Source of the DNA: Octopus bimaculoides
Lineage: Eukaryota
DNA: 64,000 nt
Reading direction: 5' to 3'
NCBI RefSeq assembly: GCF_001194135.2
Contig: NC_068982.1
Coordinates: 114,051,181 to 114,115,180 of the forward strand
Below are positions 28,370 to 40,950 of the stretch, in pieces; position 1 is the first letter of the stretch, and the number at the start of each line of letters is the position of its first letter. Below the pieces are notes generated by a model. That model had not been told where the DNA came from. It saw nothing but the letters and a program-made list of their open reading frames with translations, and searched no databases. Position numbers and translations under genes: made by a program.

Positions 28370-28745
28370 AATAGATACGTAAGCATGTATACACACATAT
28401 ATGGACATACTTACATCTACATGTGTATATAGATGCATATTCGGGTACTGGACGTTGGAAAAATGAACTAGAGACAACGGAACGAACACATAGAAAAACA
28501 AATAGCCACTTGGATTAATTCTTCATCAGCTGCCTCTATTCTAAACTAGGCGTTTCGAACCTCTTTTTTCCCAACCAGTCGCTATGCTTGACTGCTAAAT
28601 CCACAAGTTTCTTTTTAATTTTCTCTTTGTTTATTTTCTCTTATTCCTATCTGCTGAAGGGCGTAGGTTCGAAACGTGAAAGAATTTCTCACTTTTTCGA
28701 GCGTCAAACTAATACACCTGCTTGTTGTTCATACACCTGTCTTCG
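28370..28745. mobile_element. Probable Penelope-like terminal-repeat fragment
   Basis: Two degenerate hammerhead-like cores in opposite orientation (minus CTGATGA at 28523-28529; plus CTGAAGG...GAAACG at 28654-28676). The family assignment is inference. Confidence 0.35.
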
Positions 28746-29655
28746 ACTTATATATATATNNNNNNNNNNNNNNNNNNNNNNNNNNNNNNNTATATATACA
28801 TATAATCAATTAAAATCTAGAATTGAGAAGCAAAGAGATTTAATTCTAATGGTTACAACTGTTTCGTAATTCACCCTCAATAACATTAACAACTCTGAAT
28901 CGAAAGTACATGTACAGTGTATACACTTCACATACACATTATATACATTTATGCATACATATATATGCACAAATACAATTGCATAGATACATGAAGATGC
29001 ACCAAAGAGAACTACTCTTCTGAGCGTTCCCAAACATCTCAGATTCGTCTCATTCTTTGAATTGAAAAAAAAAAACGTCGTAGAAACAAGTACCAATTCC
29101 TTGTTTAAAATATATATTCAAAAAGACAGCGCCTGATTTCGAATATCATGGAAGATAAAGCATAATTTATTTTCGCGTGGTTCCATGTTTACTATTCTTT
29201 ATACTGCCAAAATATTCAAATATGTTCTGTTTCAAATATATTCAAACAATATAAAATCTGACGGCTCGATTTGTAGAGCATAAATCCTGAATATTTCAGA
29301 AATATAAAGAGATTTAAATGTAAAACAATGAAAGAAAATAATTCTCTATGTTACATACGAAGTATTTGAAGCTGTGTATAATATTGAAGAAACCGACTTT
29401 TAAATGTGAAATTCCAAGTACGTGGAATATACTGTATATACTGTACACACAAAAACACGCACATACACACGCATATACTATACACACACATAAATACGGT
29501 GAATAATTTGGTTCTCATTTTCTGTTTTCTTCACTTTCTCAATGAAATATATGCGATAAAGTAAAAGAAATTTGTATTTTTCCCCAAAAATGTGCATACC
29601 AAGTTATACGCACCATATGCATATGTGCTATTTAAAGCACATATACATGTAGTGT

Positions 29656-29731
29656 GCCCGGCTAGCTCAGTCGGCAGAGCACGAGACTCTTAATCTCGGG
29701 GTCGTGGGTTCGTGCCCCACGTTGGGCGCCA
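29656..29731 (+). tRNA. tRNA-Lys-CTT: tRNA-Lys(CTT) with genomically encoded CCA, probably a retrocopy
   Basis: 73-nt cloverleaf GCCCGGC...GTTGGGCG with anticodon CTT; differs from the canonical animal tRNA-Lys-CTT at 20 (C), 27/43 (compensatory C-G) and 58 (T). Followed by CCA, with no oligo-T terminator. Confidence 0.92.
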
Positions 29732-29736
29732 GAAAG

Positions 29737-30002
29737 GGAGGCGCAATGGCCCAGTGGTTAGGGCAGCGGACTCGCGGTCATAGGATCGTGGTTTCGATTC
29801 CCAGACCGGGCGTTGTGATTGTTTATTGAGCGAAAACACCTAAAGCTCCACAAGGCTCCGGCAGGGGAAGGTGGTGAACCCTGCTGTACTCTTTCACCAC
29901 AACTTTCTCTCACTCTTACTTCCTGTTTCTGTTGTGCCTGTAATTCAAAGGGTCAGCCTTGTCACACTGTGTCACGCTGAATATCCCGAGAACTACGTTA
30001 AG
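29737..30002 (+). mobile_element. tRNA-derived SINE family C, 3' end lost in gap
   Basis: A box tggcccagtgg, B-box-like ggtttcgattccc, then a non-tRNA body; runs into N gap at 30003. Confidence 0.8.
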
Positions 30003-30932
30003 NNNNNNNNNNNNNNNNNNNNNNNNNNNNNNNNNNNNNNNNNNNNNNNNNNNNNNNNNNNNNNNNNNNNNNNNNNNNNNNNNNNNNNNNNNNNNNNNNN
30101 NNNNNNNNNNNNNNNNNNNNNNNNNNNNNNNNNNNNNNNNNNNNNNNNNNNNNNNNNNNNNNNNNNNNNNNNNNNNNNNNNNNNNNNNNNNNNNNNNNNN
30201 NNNNNNNNNNNNNNNNNNNNNNNNNNNNNNNNNNNNNNNNNNNNNNNNNNNNNNNNNNNNNNNNNNNNNNNNNNNNNNNNNNNNNNNNNNNNNNNNNNNN
30301 NNNNNNNNNNNNNNNNNNNNNNNNNNNNNNNNNNNNNNNNNNNNNNNNNNNNNNNNNNNNNNNNNNNNNNNNNNNNNNNNNNNNNNNNNNNNNNNNNNNN
30401 NNNNNNNNNNNNNNNNNNNNNNNNNNNNNNNNNNNNNNNNNNNNNNNNNNNNNNNNNNNNNNNNNNNNNNNNNNNNNNNNNNNNNNNNNNNNNNNNNNNN
30501 NNNNNNNNNNNNNNNNNNNNNNNNNNNNNNNNNNNNNNNNNNNNNNNNNNNNNNNNNNNNNNNNNNNNNNNNNNNNNNNNNNNNNNNNNNNNNNNNNNNN
30601 NNNNNNNNNNNNNNNNNNNNNNNNNNNNNNNNNNNNNNNNNNNNNNNNNNNNNNNNNNNNNNNNNNNNNNNNNNNNNNNNNNNNNNNNNNNNNNNNNNNN
30701 NNNNNNNNNNNNNNNNNNNNNNNNNNNNNNNNNNNNNNNNNNNNNNNNNNNNNNNNNNNNNNNNNNNNNNNNNNNNNNNNNNNNNNNNNNNNNNNNNNNN
30801 NNNNNNNNNNNNNNNNNNNNNNNNNNNNNNNNNNNNNNNNNNNNNNNNNNNNNNNNNNNNNNNNNNNNNNNNNNNNNNNNNNNNNNNNNNNNNNNNNNNN
30901 NNNNNNNNNNNNNNNNNNNNNNNNNNNNNNNN

Positions 30933-31014
<82 letters not shown>

Positions 31015-31299
31015 TTATATTTATATCAAGAAAAATTCATCCCAAATGACAAAATAGTTCGTAACAAAATACTTCTTAAGATTCTCATTTCATCTCCCAA
31101 AATAATATCAGTAGACTTGGGTCAACAAAGCAAGGTCAGAATATCTAATTTTACAATTACATTCTGTTATTTTGAATATTTATAGAACATAATCTCTGAC
31201 CCCAGAGGATATCTCAACGATACACAACTTATAAATTCAGTAACTGCCTCAGCCACTAAATCTCCTTTTCTTTTTATACATATACTACCTGTGCACGTT

Positions 31300-31359
<60 letters not shown>

Positions 31360-32019
31360 NNNNNNNNNNNNNNNNNNNNNNNNNNNNNNNNNNNNNNNNN
31401 NNNNNNNNNNNNNNNNNNNNNNNNNNNNNNNNNNNNNNNNNNNNNNNNNNNNNNNNNNNNNNNNNNNNNNNNNNNNNNNNNNNNNNNNNNNNNNNNNNNN
31501 NNNNNNNNNNNNNNNNNNNNNNNNNNNNNNNNNNNNNNNNNNNNNNNNNNNNNNNNNNNNNNNNNNNNNNNNNNNNNNNNNNNNNNNNNNNNNNNNNNNN
31601 NNNNNNNNNNNNNNNNNNNNNNNNNNNNNNNNNNNNNNNNNNNNNNNNNNNNNNNNNNNNNNNNNNNNNNNNNNNNNNNNNNNNNNNNNNNNNNNNNNNN
31701 NNNNNNNNNNNNNNNNNNNNNNNNNNNNNNNNNNNNNNNNNNNNNNNNNNNNNNNNNNNNNNNNNNNNNNNNNNNNNNNNNNNNNNNNNNNNNNNNNNNN
31801 NNNNNNNNNNNNNNNNNNNNNNNNNNNNNNNNNNNNNNNNNNNNNNNNNNNNNNNNNNNNNNNNNNNNNNNNNNNNNNNNNNNNNNNNNNNNNNNNNNNN
31901 NNNNNNNNNNNNNNNNNNNNNNNNNNNNNNNNNNNNNNNNNNNNNNNNNNNNNNNNNNNNNNNNNNNNNNNNNNNNNNNNNNNNNNNNNNNNNNNNNNNN
32001 NNNNNNNNNNNNNNNNNNN

Positions 32020-32192
32020 TGTGTGTGTGTGTGTGTGTGTGTGTGTTTATGTTTGTCCCCCCCCCTTCCCGATATTGGTGTGTTTACTAGGATTACAAAG
32101 AATAAATCCTGGGGTTGATTTGTTCGACTAAAGGCGGTGCTCCAGCATAGCCGCAGTGAAATGACTGAAACAAATAAAAGAATAAAAGAATA
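32020..32192 (+). mobile_element. SINE family B, 3' half, internally deleted
   Basis: (TG)n then tttgtccccccc...tcctggggttgatttgttcgactaaaggcggtgctccagcat...gactgaaacaaataaaagaataaaagaata. Confidence 0.85.
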
Positions 32193-32683
32193 TAGAAAAG
32201 TATTTAGTTATAAGGGGATGATGATACGGAAATAAATATAATTCCACAAATGCAAACACTTTGAAGTAAACTAGATAATCTATCCACTGATATAATATTT
32301 TAATTGTAGATTAAGTCATTCATAAGATTTATATTTGTTTGGGGAAAAATATACCAGTGATGATTTACGGTGACAGCAATTTGCTTATTGGAGATCTTTG
32401 GAAGATTCCTATACGTTCAGTTACCATGCGGAGGGAATAATTTAATTTTTGGTTATTGTCTTTTGTCTGGGTGTAAGGAGGAGAGAGAAAGTGGTGTTAC
32501 TCAACCAGTTAGCTTCGTTGTTGTTTTTTTTTGTGTGTGTATGAGCGAAGGCGTGGATGTGTAATTAACAATTTCAGTAAGAATTGCTCTTACAGATATC
32601 CAATATTATAATTGAGCAACATAAGGCAGCGAGCTGACAGAATCGCTAACACGCCGGACGAAATGCCTAGCGGTATTTCGTCT

Positions 32684-34382
32684 CTGTGGAGTTATTGCAT
32701 GAGTTTATGTTGAAATATTTATCGAATTGTTGCCATTGTTATTAATTTGAATTGTTGTTAGAACTGTTGCTGTTGTCAATTTGTTAATTGTTGGGTTTTT
32801 TTTTTCCATTGTGGGAAAATGGAGAAGATGCTGGAGGGAGGCCCAAGTTATGCGGCCGCAACGAGTAGAGGAGTAGACGTGCAAGAGTTGGAGGTCCGCG
32901 AGATAAAGGTGGAGCCTAGAAAGATGAAGAAGAGTGAAAAATTAATCACTAAGGAAGGTAATATTCTGAAGCTAACACCACCTGAAGATTTATTGGCCAT
33001 GTGTTAAAAAGAACGGTAACATTTGAAAACATGAAGACAGCCACAAGAAAAATAGAGATTGCGCCGATAGAAACCATAGAGGAGTGTATGAAGGAGTTGA
33101 AAAGATTTACAACATACATTACGAGAGGGAGAAAATACACCACTGTGGAAGTGCGCTTTACAACGGAGGAGGAAGCAATAAAGCACTCCACAGAGGTTAT
33201 AAGGTCAGAAGAATAGATGCTCCTGTCTTCGTACTGCGGCAAACGTGTGGCCAAAGTGCGAGTAGGTAAGGTTTCACCCGAATTAAAGGAAGAATGGCTG
33301 AAGACAGCAATAATATATAATATGAAGGATGGGAAGATTTTGATGGCTACCAGGACCCAGGAAGTAAACTACTGGGGATATGGTATTAAATTGACAATAC
33401 AGGCAACTACGGAGGATTTGAACAGTGTGGTGGATGAGATTGTGTTGTCAGAAGATGTAAGATTGAGAGTCGGTGTAGAGGGAAGGCCGCCGATATGTTT
33501 CACATGTGGAGAGAGGGGCTACATGAAGGCGTGGTGCGCCCAAAGAGAACAACAAGCAGAACAGGTGGAGAGAAAGGAGAGTATGGACCGGGTCATGGTA
33601 ACAGAAAAAGAAACAGAGAATGGATTTACTATGGTTAAAAAGAAAAGAAGGAGGAGCGGAGGAATGAGTTCTCCGCCAGAGAAGCAGAAAAAGAAGAAAG
33701 AAGAGGTGAGAAAAGAAACTGTGATGGAGGTCAGTAAGATTCGGAAATACAACTGTAGGAAGGAGAGTTGGAGTGATTATTTAGGATAGAGGGAGGAAAA
33801 ACAGAACAAAAAGTACAAGATAAAGGCAAGCAGATACGAGGAGGAGATGGAGTTTGGTATTATGTGACATACCCAAAGAATGTTGAAACCGAAAAAAAGA
33901 TAAGTTTCATTCAATAGTAAGAGTGAAGGTGCCTTCATACGTCTACGTAGAGGATATGAAGGCAATACTGATTGAAGAAGAGAACTACAGAAGGTTGAAA
34001 GAGATGTGTGGAGATAGCGTTGACCCACCAGGAGTGGAGGTAGAATTCAAGGAGTTGCCACCAGTAGTGAATATAAGAGATATTGAACCACTGATGAAGT
34101 TCTACTAAAAGAGGAAAAATAATGTATGTTAAATGATATTAATTTTAGGAAAATAATGGTGATAAAGTAGTAAAAAAAAAAGAACAATTGTAGATAGTAC
34201 ATATAATGGTTCAAATGGTACCGTATGGGAGTGGGGCCTGTGTGGCCATTTTCATTTTTTTTTCATTATTATATAATTTCATCCCATTTACATTAGTTTT
34301 ATGTTTTTTGTCCCCACTGTGGTCTTGTCTGTACTGGTGGTGTCCGCATCTGTGTTTAGGGCTTTATGCCTAATAAAGAAAT
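32684..34382 (+). mobile_element. ORF1-only (no ORF2) L1/Tx1-like non-LTR element
   Basis: Perfect 13-bp TSD cggtatttcgtct (32671-32683; 34383-34395). Has a TTG-rich 5' leader, disrupted ORF1 and ~270-bp 3' UTR ending aataaagaaat; no endonuclease or RT sequence. Confidence 0.85.
32819..34108 (+). pseudogene. Disrupted gag-like ORF1 (RRM-like region plus CCHC zinc knuckle)
   Basis: MEKMLEGGPSYAAA..., KVRVGKVSPELKEEWL, VEGRPPICFTCGERGYMKAWC (C-x2-C-x4-[H>Y]-x4-C), basic KKKRRR tail, C-terminal ...EPLMKFY*. A frameshift near 33000, a stop at 33214 and further breaks after 33789. Confidence 0.8.
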
Positions 34383-36039
34383 CGGTATTTCGTCTGTCGC
34401 TACGTTCTAAGTTCAAATTCCGCCGAGGTCAACTTTGTCTTTCATCATTTCGGGGTCGATAAATTAAATATCGGTCAAGTACTGGGGTCGATATGATCAA
34501 CTCACCTCCTCACCCAAAATTTCAGGCTTGTGCTACAGTAGAAAGGATCATAACTGAACAACAACAATTTCGCCAAAAGGGCTTCTAACTGAATGCTGAA
34601 TACGAAATAAGATTTTTCCTATTAAACTTAGTTTTCTTCTAGCGATATGTTAATTTATCTTTACCACATTAGCATATTCACCTGATAAAAATGAATTATT
34701 ATAATTAAAGACTTTAATATTAATATGTATGCTGTATTAATTTTTATGTCAAATTAGTATGATGTATTGCTTTAGGACGAGAGTTCTGACAATGCTGGGA
34801 TAAATTTGATTATCTTGGCAAACTGCGATGTTTGAACAACGTTTAAACCTGCTTATACATGAGCCCAGTGTCTCTGTGTGGAGCAGTTTCGCGTCAGTCT
34901 GCTTGTAAATAATACATTGTATACAAGCAAATGTATATTGCTCCTTGGTTTAATATCAGTGATATGTTTATCCAGATGTTTTGTCATACTACGGAACTGT
35001 GTCACTCATCCTAATTCCTTTCATTAATCTTTTAAATCCCAGAGAAGCAACTTTTCACCATTAGTAGAAAAAGAAAATGCTTCAAATTTTAATTCAAATG
35101 TAAACTTGGCAATCAAAAACATGAGTGTGGTTTTTCATATTCGTTGTATAACTTGTTAACAGGATGGCTAAACATGTTAACATGACTTGTTAACAGGATG
35201 GCTAAATGGTTCAAATCACAAGTCATGTGTTATTCGAAAGGAACCCGAAAAATAACATATCACGGTTATTTCTAACGTGAGAGTACTAAAGAGAATACTT
35301 CAAAAACAAAGAGCTTGAATAAATCAAATTCCTTCCGGTCTCAACCTCCAGTAGCTAATCATCCTGAGCTTTGAGTAACGAGGAATATGAGCTGGACCTT
35401 ATGTTCCAAATAAAAAGATAAAAACAAATAAAAAAGATAGAAACATTTTTGTCCTAACTTAATAGGCTCCCTGCTCCTTCATTGAAACATTACTGTCAAA
35501 AAAGATCTGAATGATATTTTTTCGTGACATGAATTTAATTGAGGAACAGACTGAACATTACGATTTTAGAATCTTCTAAAATATGATTCAGATTTAGTAT
35601 TTCCCATAACTGCCATGCAGAATGGCTCTTCCATGAAGATAGATTATTGCTAAGTAAAATTGTGAATTCACACATGCGGCTCTTGGTCATAAAAATAACG
35701 TGGATAAAAGTCAATAGTTCACCGGGATTTGAAAAGTTAACCTGAAAGAAGTTCTTCATATTGGAAATATATTCCGTTCCATACCTGTAACACATATTTC
35801 AACTCTGAGAGAGGGATATGACGACATGTACTTGCCTTTAGAAAAAGGTTCAGTATCAGAAATATACGTGGAACATCTGTGCATATCTGAAGGTTATAGC
35901 AATTTTGATATGATTGTAGTAAGATTATGCTAGGTACTATCACTTTTTATGCGAGATACTTCGGACAGGCAAAACCATAACCGTTAATAGAATTCTCTTA
36001 AATAAACGTCACTTGTTCCAGGTAAAATCAAAATCGATT

Positions 36040-36510
36040 GAACGATTCACTTGTTGGCTTTGAGAAAGTGTTCCTTTGCACAAATGAAATTTCTATCAAA
36101 AGTTCTTTAAATAATGGACAAAGCTCAATTAGGTTTCAAATATTCAAGAAATAAGTTTTCCCAAATCAGTGATGCCAATTTTAACGGAGGAAGTTTTGAA
36201 GGATATCATATTAGTGAATTACTTCAAGTAAGAGATTTGAAGATGATTTGAATAAATACAAGAAAGTCGAGGGACAAAGCAGAATGTCTGTGCAAATATT
36301 TTGGGAAGCATTTTACTGAAATAATACATGATCTTAAGTCTTACAAAAGAATAAGGAACAATATGCCATTTACAAGTTCATTTTTAAAAAATCTCTTTTG
36401 GAAATTTTCCGGGAAAAAATTAGGTGCGGTAAGCGAAGGACATTCTGCGCGTTTTCATCAGGATATTAAATACTATAGAAAAGTGTTACCAAGGCTATTG
36501 GTTTCTGACA
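36040..36510 (+). pseudogene. DNA transposase remnant, probably CMC/Chapaev3-like
   Basis: GFKY..KFSQISDA..GSFEG..I.ELL and KLGAVSEGHSARFHQDIK resemble KFP.LSDAK.KEGIF.GPQIR.L and NLGAVSDEHGERFHQDI. Superfamily name is from memory. Confidence 0.6.
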
Positions 36511-37699
36511 ACTCCTACACACTTGAATCTGTCACACTTTTTGACCGTATTTCAATAAATATGTAAATATATGATTCTTCAAAAATTAATTATGTGCCAT
36601 TCAAATACCTCACTTGATAGAGAAATGTTACAATCTTAGATTCTGCACAATACTATAAGAATACTAAATACTAAATAAATTTTAAGAAACATGAATATAA
36701 GATGGAGCAATAATATAAATATTGTGATATCCAAAACAAACAAAAAGTCATGTCATACAGTGCACACATCCCACTTATGTATATATGTTCTCTTCTATTT
36801 TTGATCATTTGAAGTATTCCTGTAAAGAAGGAACTGGTTTTTAACAAAAATACAAAACTTCATCGTTGAAATGCAGATAACAAAATGAAATCCACAATAT
36901 GAACTTGAGAAATACCTTGCACAAATTTATTGTTCGGATTACAGATTGCATTTGTAATGTGAATGTTAGCTACTTGATTTCTTTTTAATGAAAATCCTAA
37001 CTTTCCCAGATTGTCACTTAGGCTTTTATTCACAAAGCCAAGTACACCAATTATTAATGTTTAAATGTGAATTTTTAAGATAAGTATAGAAGCTGAAGTT
37101 TTCGAAGTAGCTGTCCATAATTACCCTCTTTCTATTTGACTTTTAAGAGATATTAACGCCTGTAGATGGCTGACCTGTGTGACGGTACAAGCTATTAGGC
37201 ATTTTGCAGCTATCTCCTGCTATTGGAATGGAAATACATAGCCTTCGAAATACTAGGTGATGTAGTGATCACGAGTTCAAGAAGGCTGCATTTTATGTGG
37301 ATATTAATGACATCTTGAAGTCTTCGGGAAACCCCCGTGCATTCGTCTTTTGGTATGATGAGCGCTTCACATCCAGGTCTCCGTTGAAATATGTAAGTTC
37401 AGCTGTTTTACGGTTGGATGTGAGGTCGTCAGGATCAGAGTATTTCCTGAAGAGTTTACTGCCAACGCATAGAATGTTCTTTTCTTCATGCTGTATGTAT
37501 GTATATCTGTTGAAGAAGCAAAATTTCTGAGAAACATCTAGATGTCCCGGAGAATTTACCACGGGATAAATGTACGCTTAATTATCTTTCCTTTTATTCA
37601 GTTCGTATAGACATCGGTCTATATTTATTCCGTTATCTGACCAAGATAAGTTTTAAAAAATCTTTTCTGCTACACGTGAGAATAATTTGGGTGATATGT

Positions 37700-37990
37700 T
37701 ATCTCATTCTCTGACTGCTTTACTAATTTTGATATCAATCGCTTTGTTGTAGTTCTACAGTTAGAGTACACATTCTCTAATAACTTCACGTAGTCTCCTT
37801 CGATTCCCTTTTCTTCTAGTGCTATTAGTATATCATCAATTTCCACGAAATTAAAAGTTCTTTCACTATCTACAAATGTTAAGCATGATGGTATGTTATA
37901 AGTTTGGCATTTCCCCCTCAATTCAGTTGTAGCATGAATGTAGTCTATTGGGCTGTACTTTTTTCTTAAAGGTAGCCTGTTCTGCTGTAG
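37700..37990 (-). pseudogene. RTE-like LINE reverse transcriptase remnant
   Basis: YSPIDYIHATTELRGKCQTYNIPSCLTFVDSERTFNFVE..IL.AL...GI.GDYVKLL.NVY matches RT subdomains 2-3 (FVDYEKAFDSV). Confidence 0.8.
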
Positions 37991-38860
37991 TGTTTTCATC
38001 TAGGTTTCTCTCAACGGTTATTAACCACTCACAATCTCTCACAGTTTCCATCTACCAAATTTCAAACACAAAGCTTTGATCGAATTGAAGACATGATGCA
38101 GAGCACTTGCCAAAGTAACTACTGCGCAATGGGGTCGAACCCGAAAACAGAAACTTGCGAAGCTACTATTTCAATCACACAGTCATGCTTTATGTATAAG
38201 GCCTTAAAATTTTTCGACTGTAATGTATCAGTTTTTAACCATCATGTATATAAAGATGAAAAGCAAAATTGTCCTCGACAGAATTTAATCTTAGACAGAC
38301 ATTAGCTAGATACTGCAAAGAATTTTCACTGAAGCTTCACCGATTCCGATTCTACTAATTCTCAGCGTTCTTTTCTCATCCACATTAACAAAACTTTTGT
38401 TCCTATTTAACGATTAACTTTATTTGCTTATTACATAATCATTTCCTGGAAATTAAAGCACAAATCAAACATTTACAATAAATTTTATTACGGTATTCCC
38501 CTCACCCATCTCTCATTTAATCATCTCCAGTGTTCGACATGTCTTCCACTAGTTGAACAGAACGTTTTCCTATTGCGCATGCTCAGTTTTTAAATAGCTT
38601 TAAACGGTAATGAATGTTCGTTGTTGACTAATATCGTCTGTTTTATTTTTGTCAATATTCTCCTTACTAAAGAACATTCTATGATATAATTACTTGGTAA
38701 GCAGAACTGAACTAGAAACCAATAAAAAGTATAATCTTCTTAGCTATTAACCCATTGGCATATTCCTATAATCTCTCATGTTCTCTTTTTTCTCTTTCCT
38801 TTTCCCTCCTCTTTCTCTCTCACCACACACACACAGATACCCATACACCACGTTCGCAAA

Positions 38861-38907
<47 letters not shown>

Positions 38908-40873
38908 AGATAGATAGATAGATAGATAGATATTAAAATCACGATTTAACGGATCTCGGCTTTAACGGACAGTTTTGTTTTTTTTAGAGACAGAGAATGG
39001 GACAAAGTGGATGGAGGTGGTGGGAGGAAGTGCAAAATAGAAGTAAGCAAAAGCAATAACAATGAAAAACAGAGAAATCCAGCAGGACTGAATTGAATGG
39101 CAAAATTTGTCGAAGGATGACTGGGATAAAAGCGAGAAAGAATGAGTTTTGGCGTGAATGTAACACGTTTCAGAGGAGAAAAGAAAGAATCAGAAAATGG
39201 AAAGTGGAGTCGAGAGAAGCGTTGGTGAATTATGAATGGAAAGAGGGCAGTCTTTATTAATAATGTATCAGTTTTACTCTATCAAACTGAAGTTAGTTTC
39301 ACTTTGACAGACGGCTTGTTTTTCATCGGGGGATGCTGTTGTTGAATTGCATTTATCTTGTTTCTGAATTATTTTTAGAGTTGTTGAATTATCTTAGAAG
39401 TACCCATGGGTAAATTATCTACTGTTTCCTTCATTATTTTAGGGTGGCACATTGATTCAAAGGAGAACTTGCTGCTGTTTTTAGCATGTTGAGTTGCAAG
39501 GAAGGGGCACCCTGTTCTACTTTCTATTTAACTTCTCAGTAGTGAGAAATGGAAAGCGGAAAGCGAGTGTGTGTGTGCGTGCGTGTTTGTGTATGTGTGT
39601 GTGTGTGTGTGTGCTTGCACGCTCACGTGCACCAACCTTATTGTGTCCTATTTGTTTAGGATAGCCTGTGATAGACTCACTTCTTGCCTAAATCTATCCC
39701 AGACTTTGGTGTTGTAAGGACGTCTATAGAGTGCTTCTGTTATTTCTGAATTATTACTTTAATTTTTTAAAACGTTACAATCCTTGCAATTTAAAATAGA
39801 ATAGCATTAAGTAACAGAGAAACTAAATGAAAGCTTAATGCCAACTTAAATGCGACATAGATATTAAAGATAATTGATAAATTAGAACAATGCGTCAACT
39901 TGCATGTGTTAGAGAAATTTATGACGTTATAAAACAGTTTACGATAAACGCCTATCAAATGCTAAATTGGAGCGGTTTTCTTTAAAACAAGCATTAAATG
40001 TGACTCTACAAGTGTAGTACGAAACACAGAAAAATTTATCTCGATAAAAACATAGATGCTATGTTTAAGTGGTATGCTCAGCTGTGATCTAGTGCTACTA
40101 GTTACGAAGGCAGAAGTTAAAATTTACGCGTGAAACTATTGAAAAACTATGGGATTTAATGTTAAGATAAGCGATAGGTGGCTGTGATGAGTGGCAACTG
40201 ATGGGTGAACATTTTTTTGTAGAAAAATGTATAGTATTTTGAGAAGATAACTTGCAATGAATCTTTAAGTGAGATATCTCACGGGGTAAAACCATTTAGA
40301 AAGTATATTAAGGGCCTTATTTTTATCATAGCTTTACAATTACAACCAACTTGTTCTATAGTGCTGTTCCTACAAGTACCTTGGCCTATAAACATGAATA
40401 CAGCACAGTTGGTTTCACATTGGATAGGAGCGAATCTCCATCTCATTATGTGTACAAATGTTGATAGCTGGCACTACACGAAGCCCATTGTGGTAGAATA
40501 ATCAAATCCCGCAGAACTAGTGCATAACTGGTGGAACGCTTTTCAGTATAGCTCTGCTTGATCAGCGCTGACTTCCGACTAAATAACAACTATATTTACA
40601 ATTTGGTTTCGGTGAAATCAGAGGACGGGCAACCTGTAGTCCAAGTCCACGGGACTTTCTGAATGGTACACCAAATGGAAAATTACCTTAAAGATTCTCA
40701 GTAGGGTGGCCCGCCTGATGTGTCAAGTCTCATGAGGCCTGCTTTTCGAAAAAGGTTGTCCATACCTGTTTTAGTCATTCAAATCGAGAATTTTATCATG
40801 TGTGTGCGTGGTGTGCGTGCACATTTCTGCAAGTATGTATAGAACAAACAGAGGTAAGAGAAATCAATACATG

Positions 40874-40950
<77 letters not shown>

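Larger units (their letters stand above)
32623..34549 (+). mobile_element. SINE family A split in two by a 1.7-kb insertion
   Basis: Head 32623-32683 and body/tail 34383-34549 join into one consensus SINE. Outer TSD ataattgagcaaca (32608-32621) / ataactgaacaaca (34550-34563), 12/14 match. Confidence 0.88.

Noticed and set aside
29871-32131. ORFs of 275-408 aa (also 40.8-41.9, 45.5-46.0, 47.8-48.3, 61.1-62.4 kb)
   Set aside because: Artefacts of reading through N gaps.
40620-40772. Possible second hAT MITE (gggcaacc ... ggttgtccatacctg)
   Set aside because: Left TIR is too degenerate and there is no matching 8-bp TSD.
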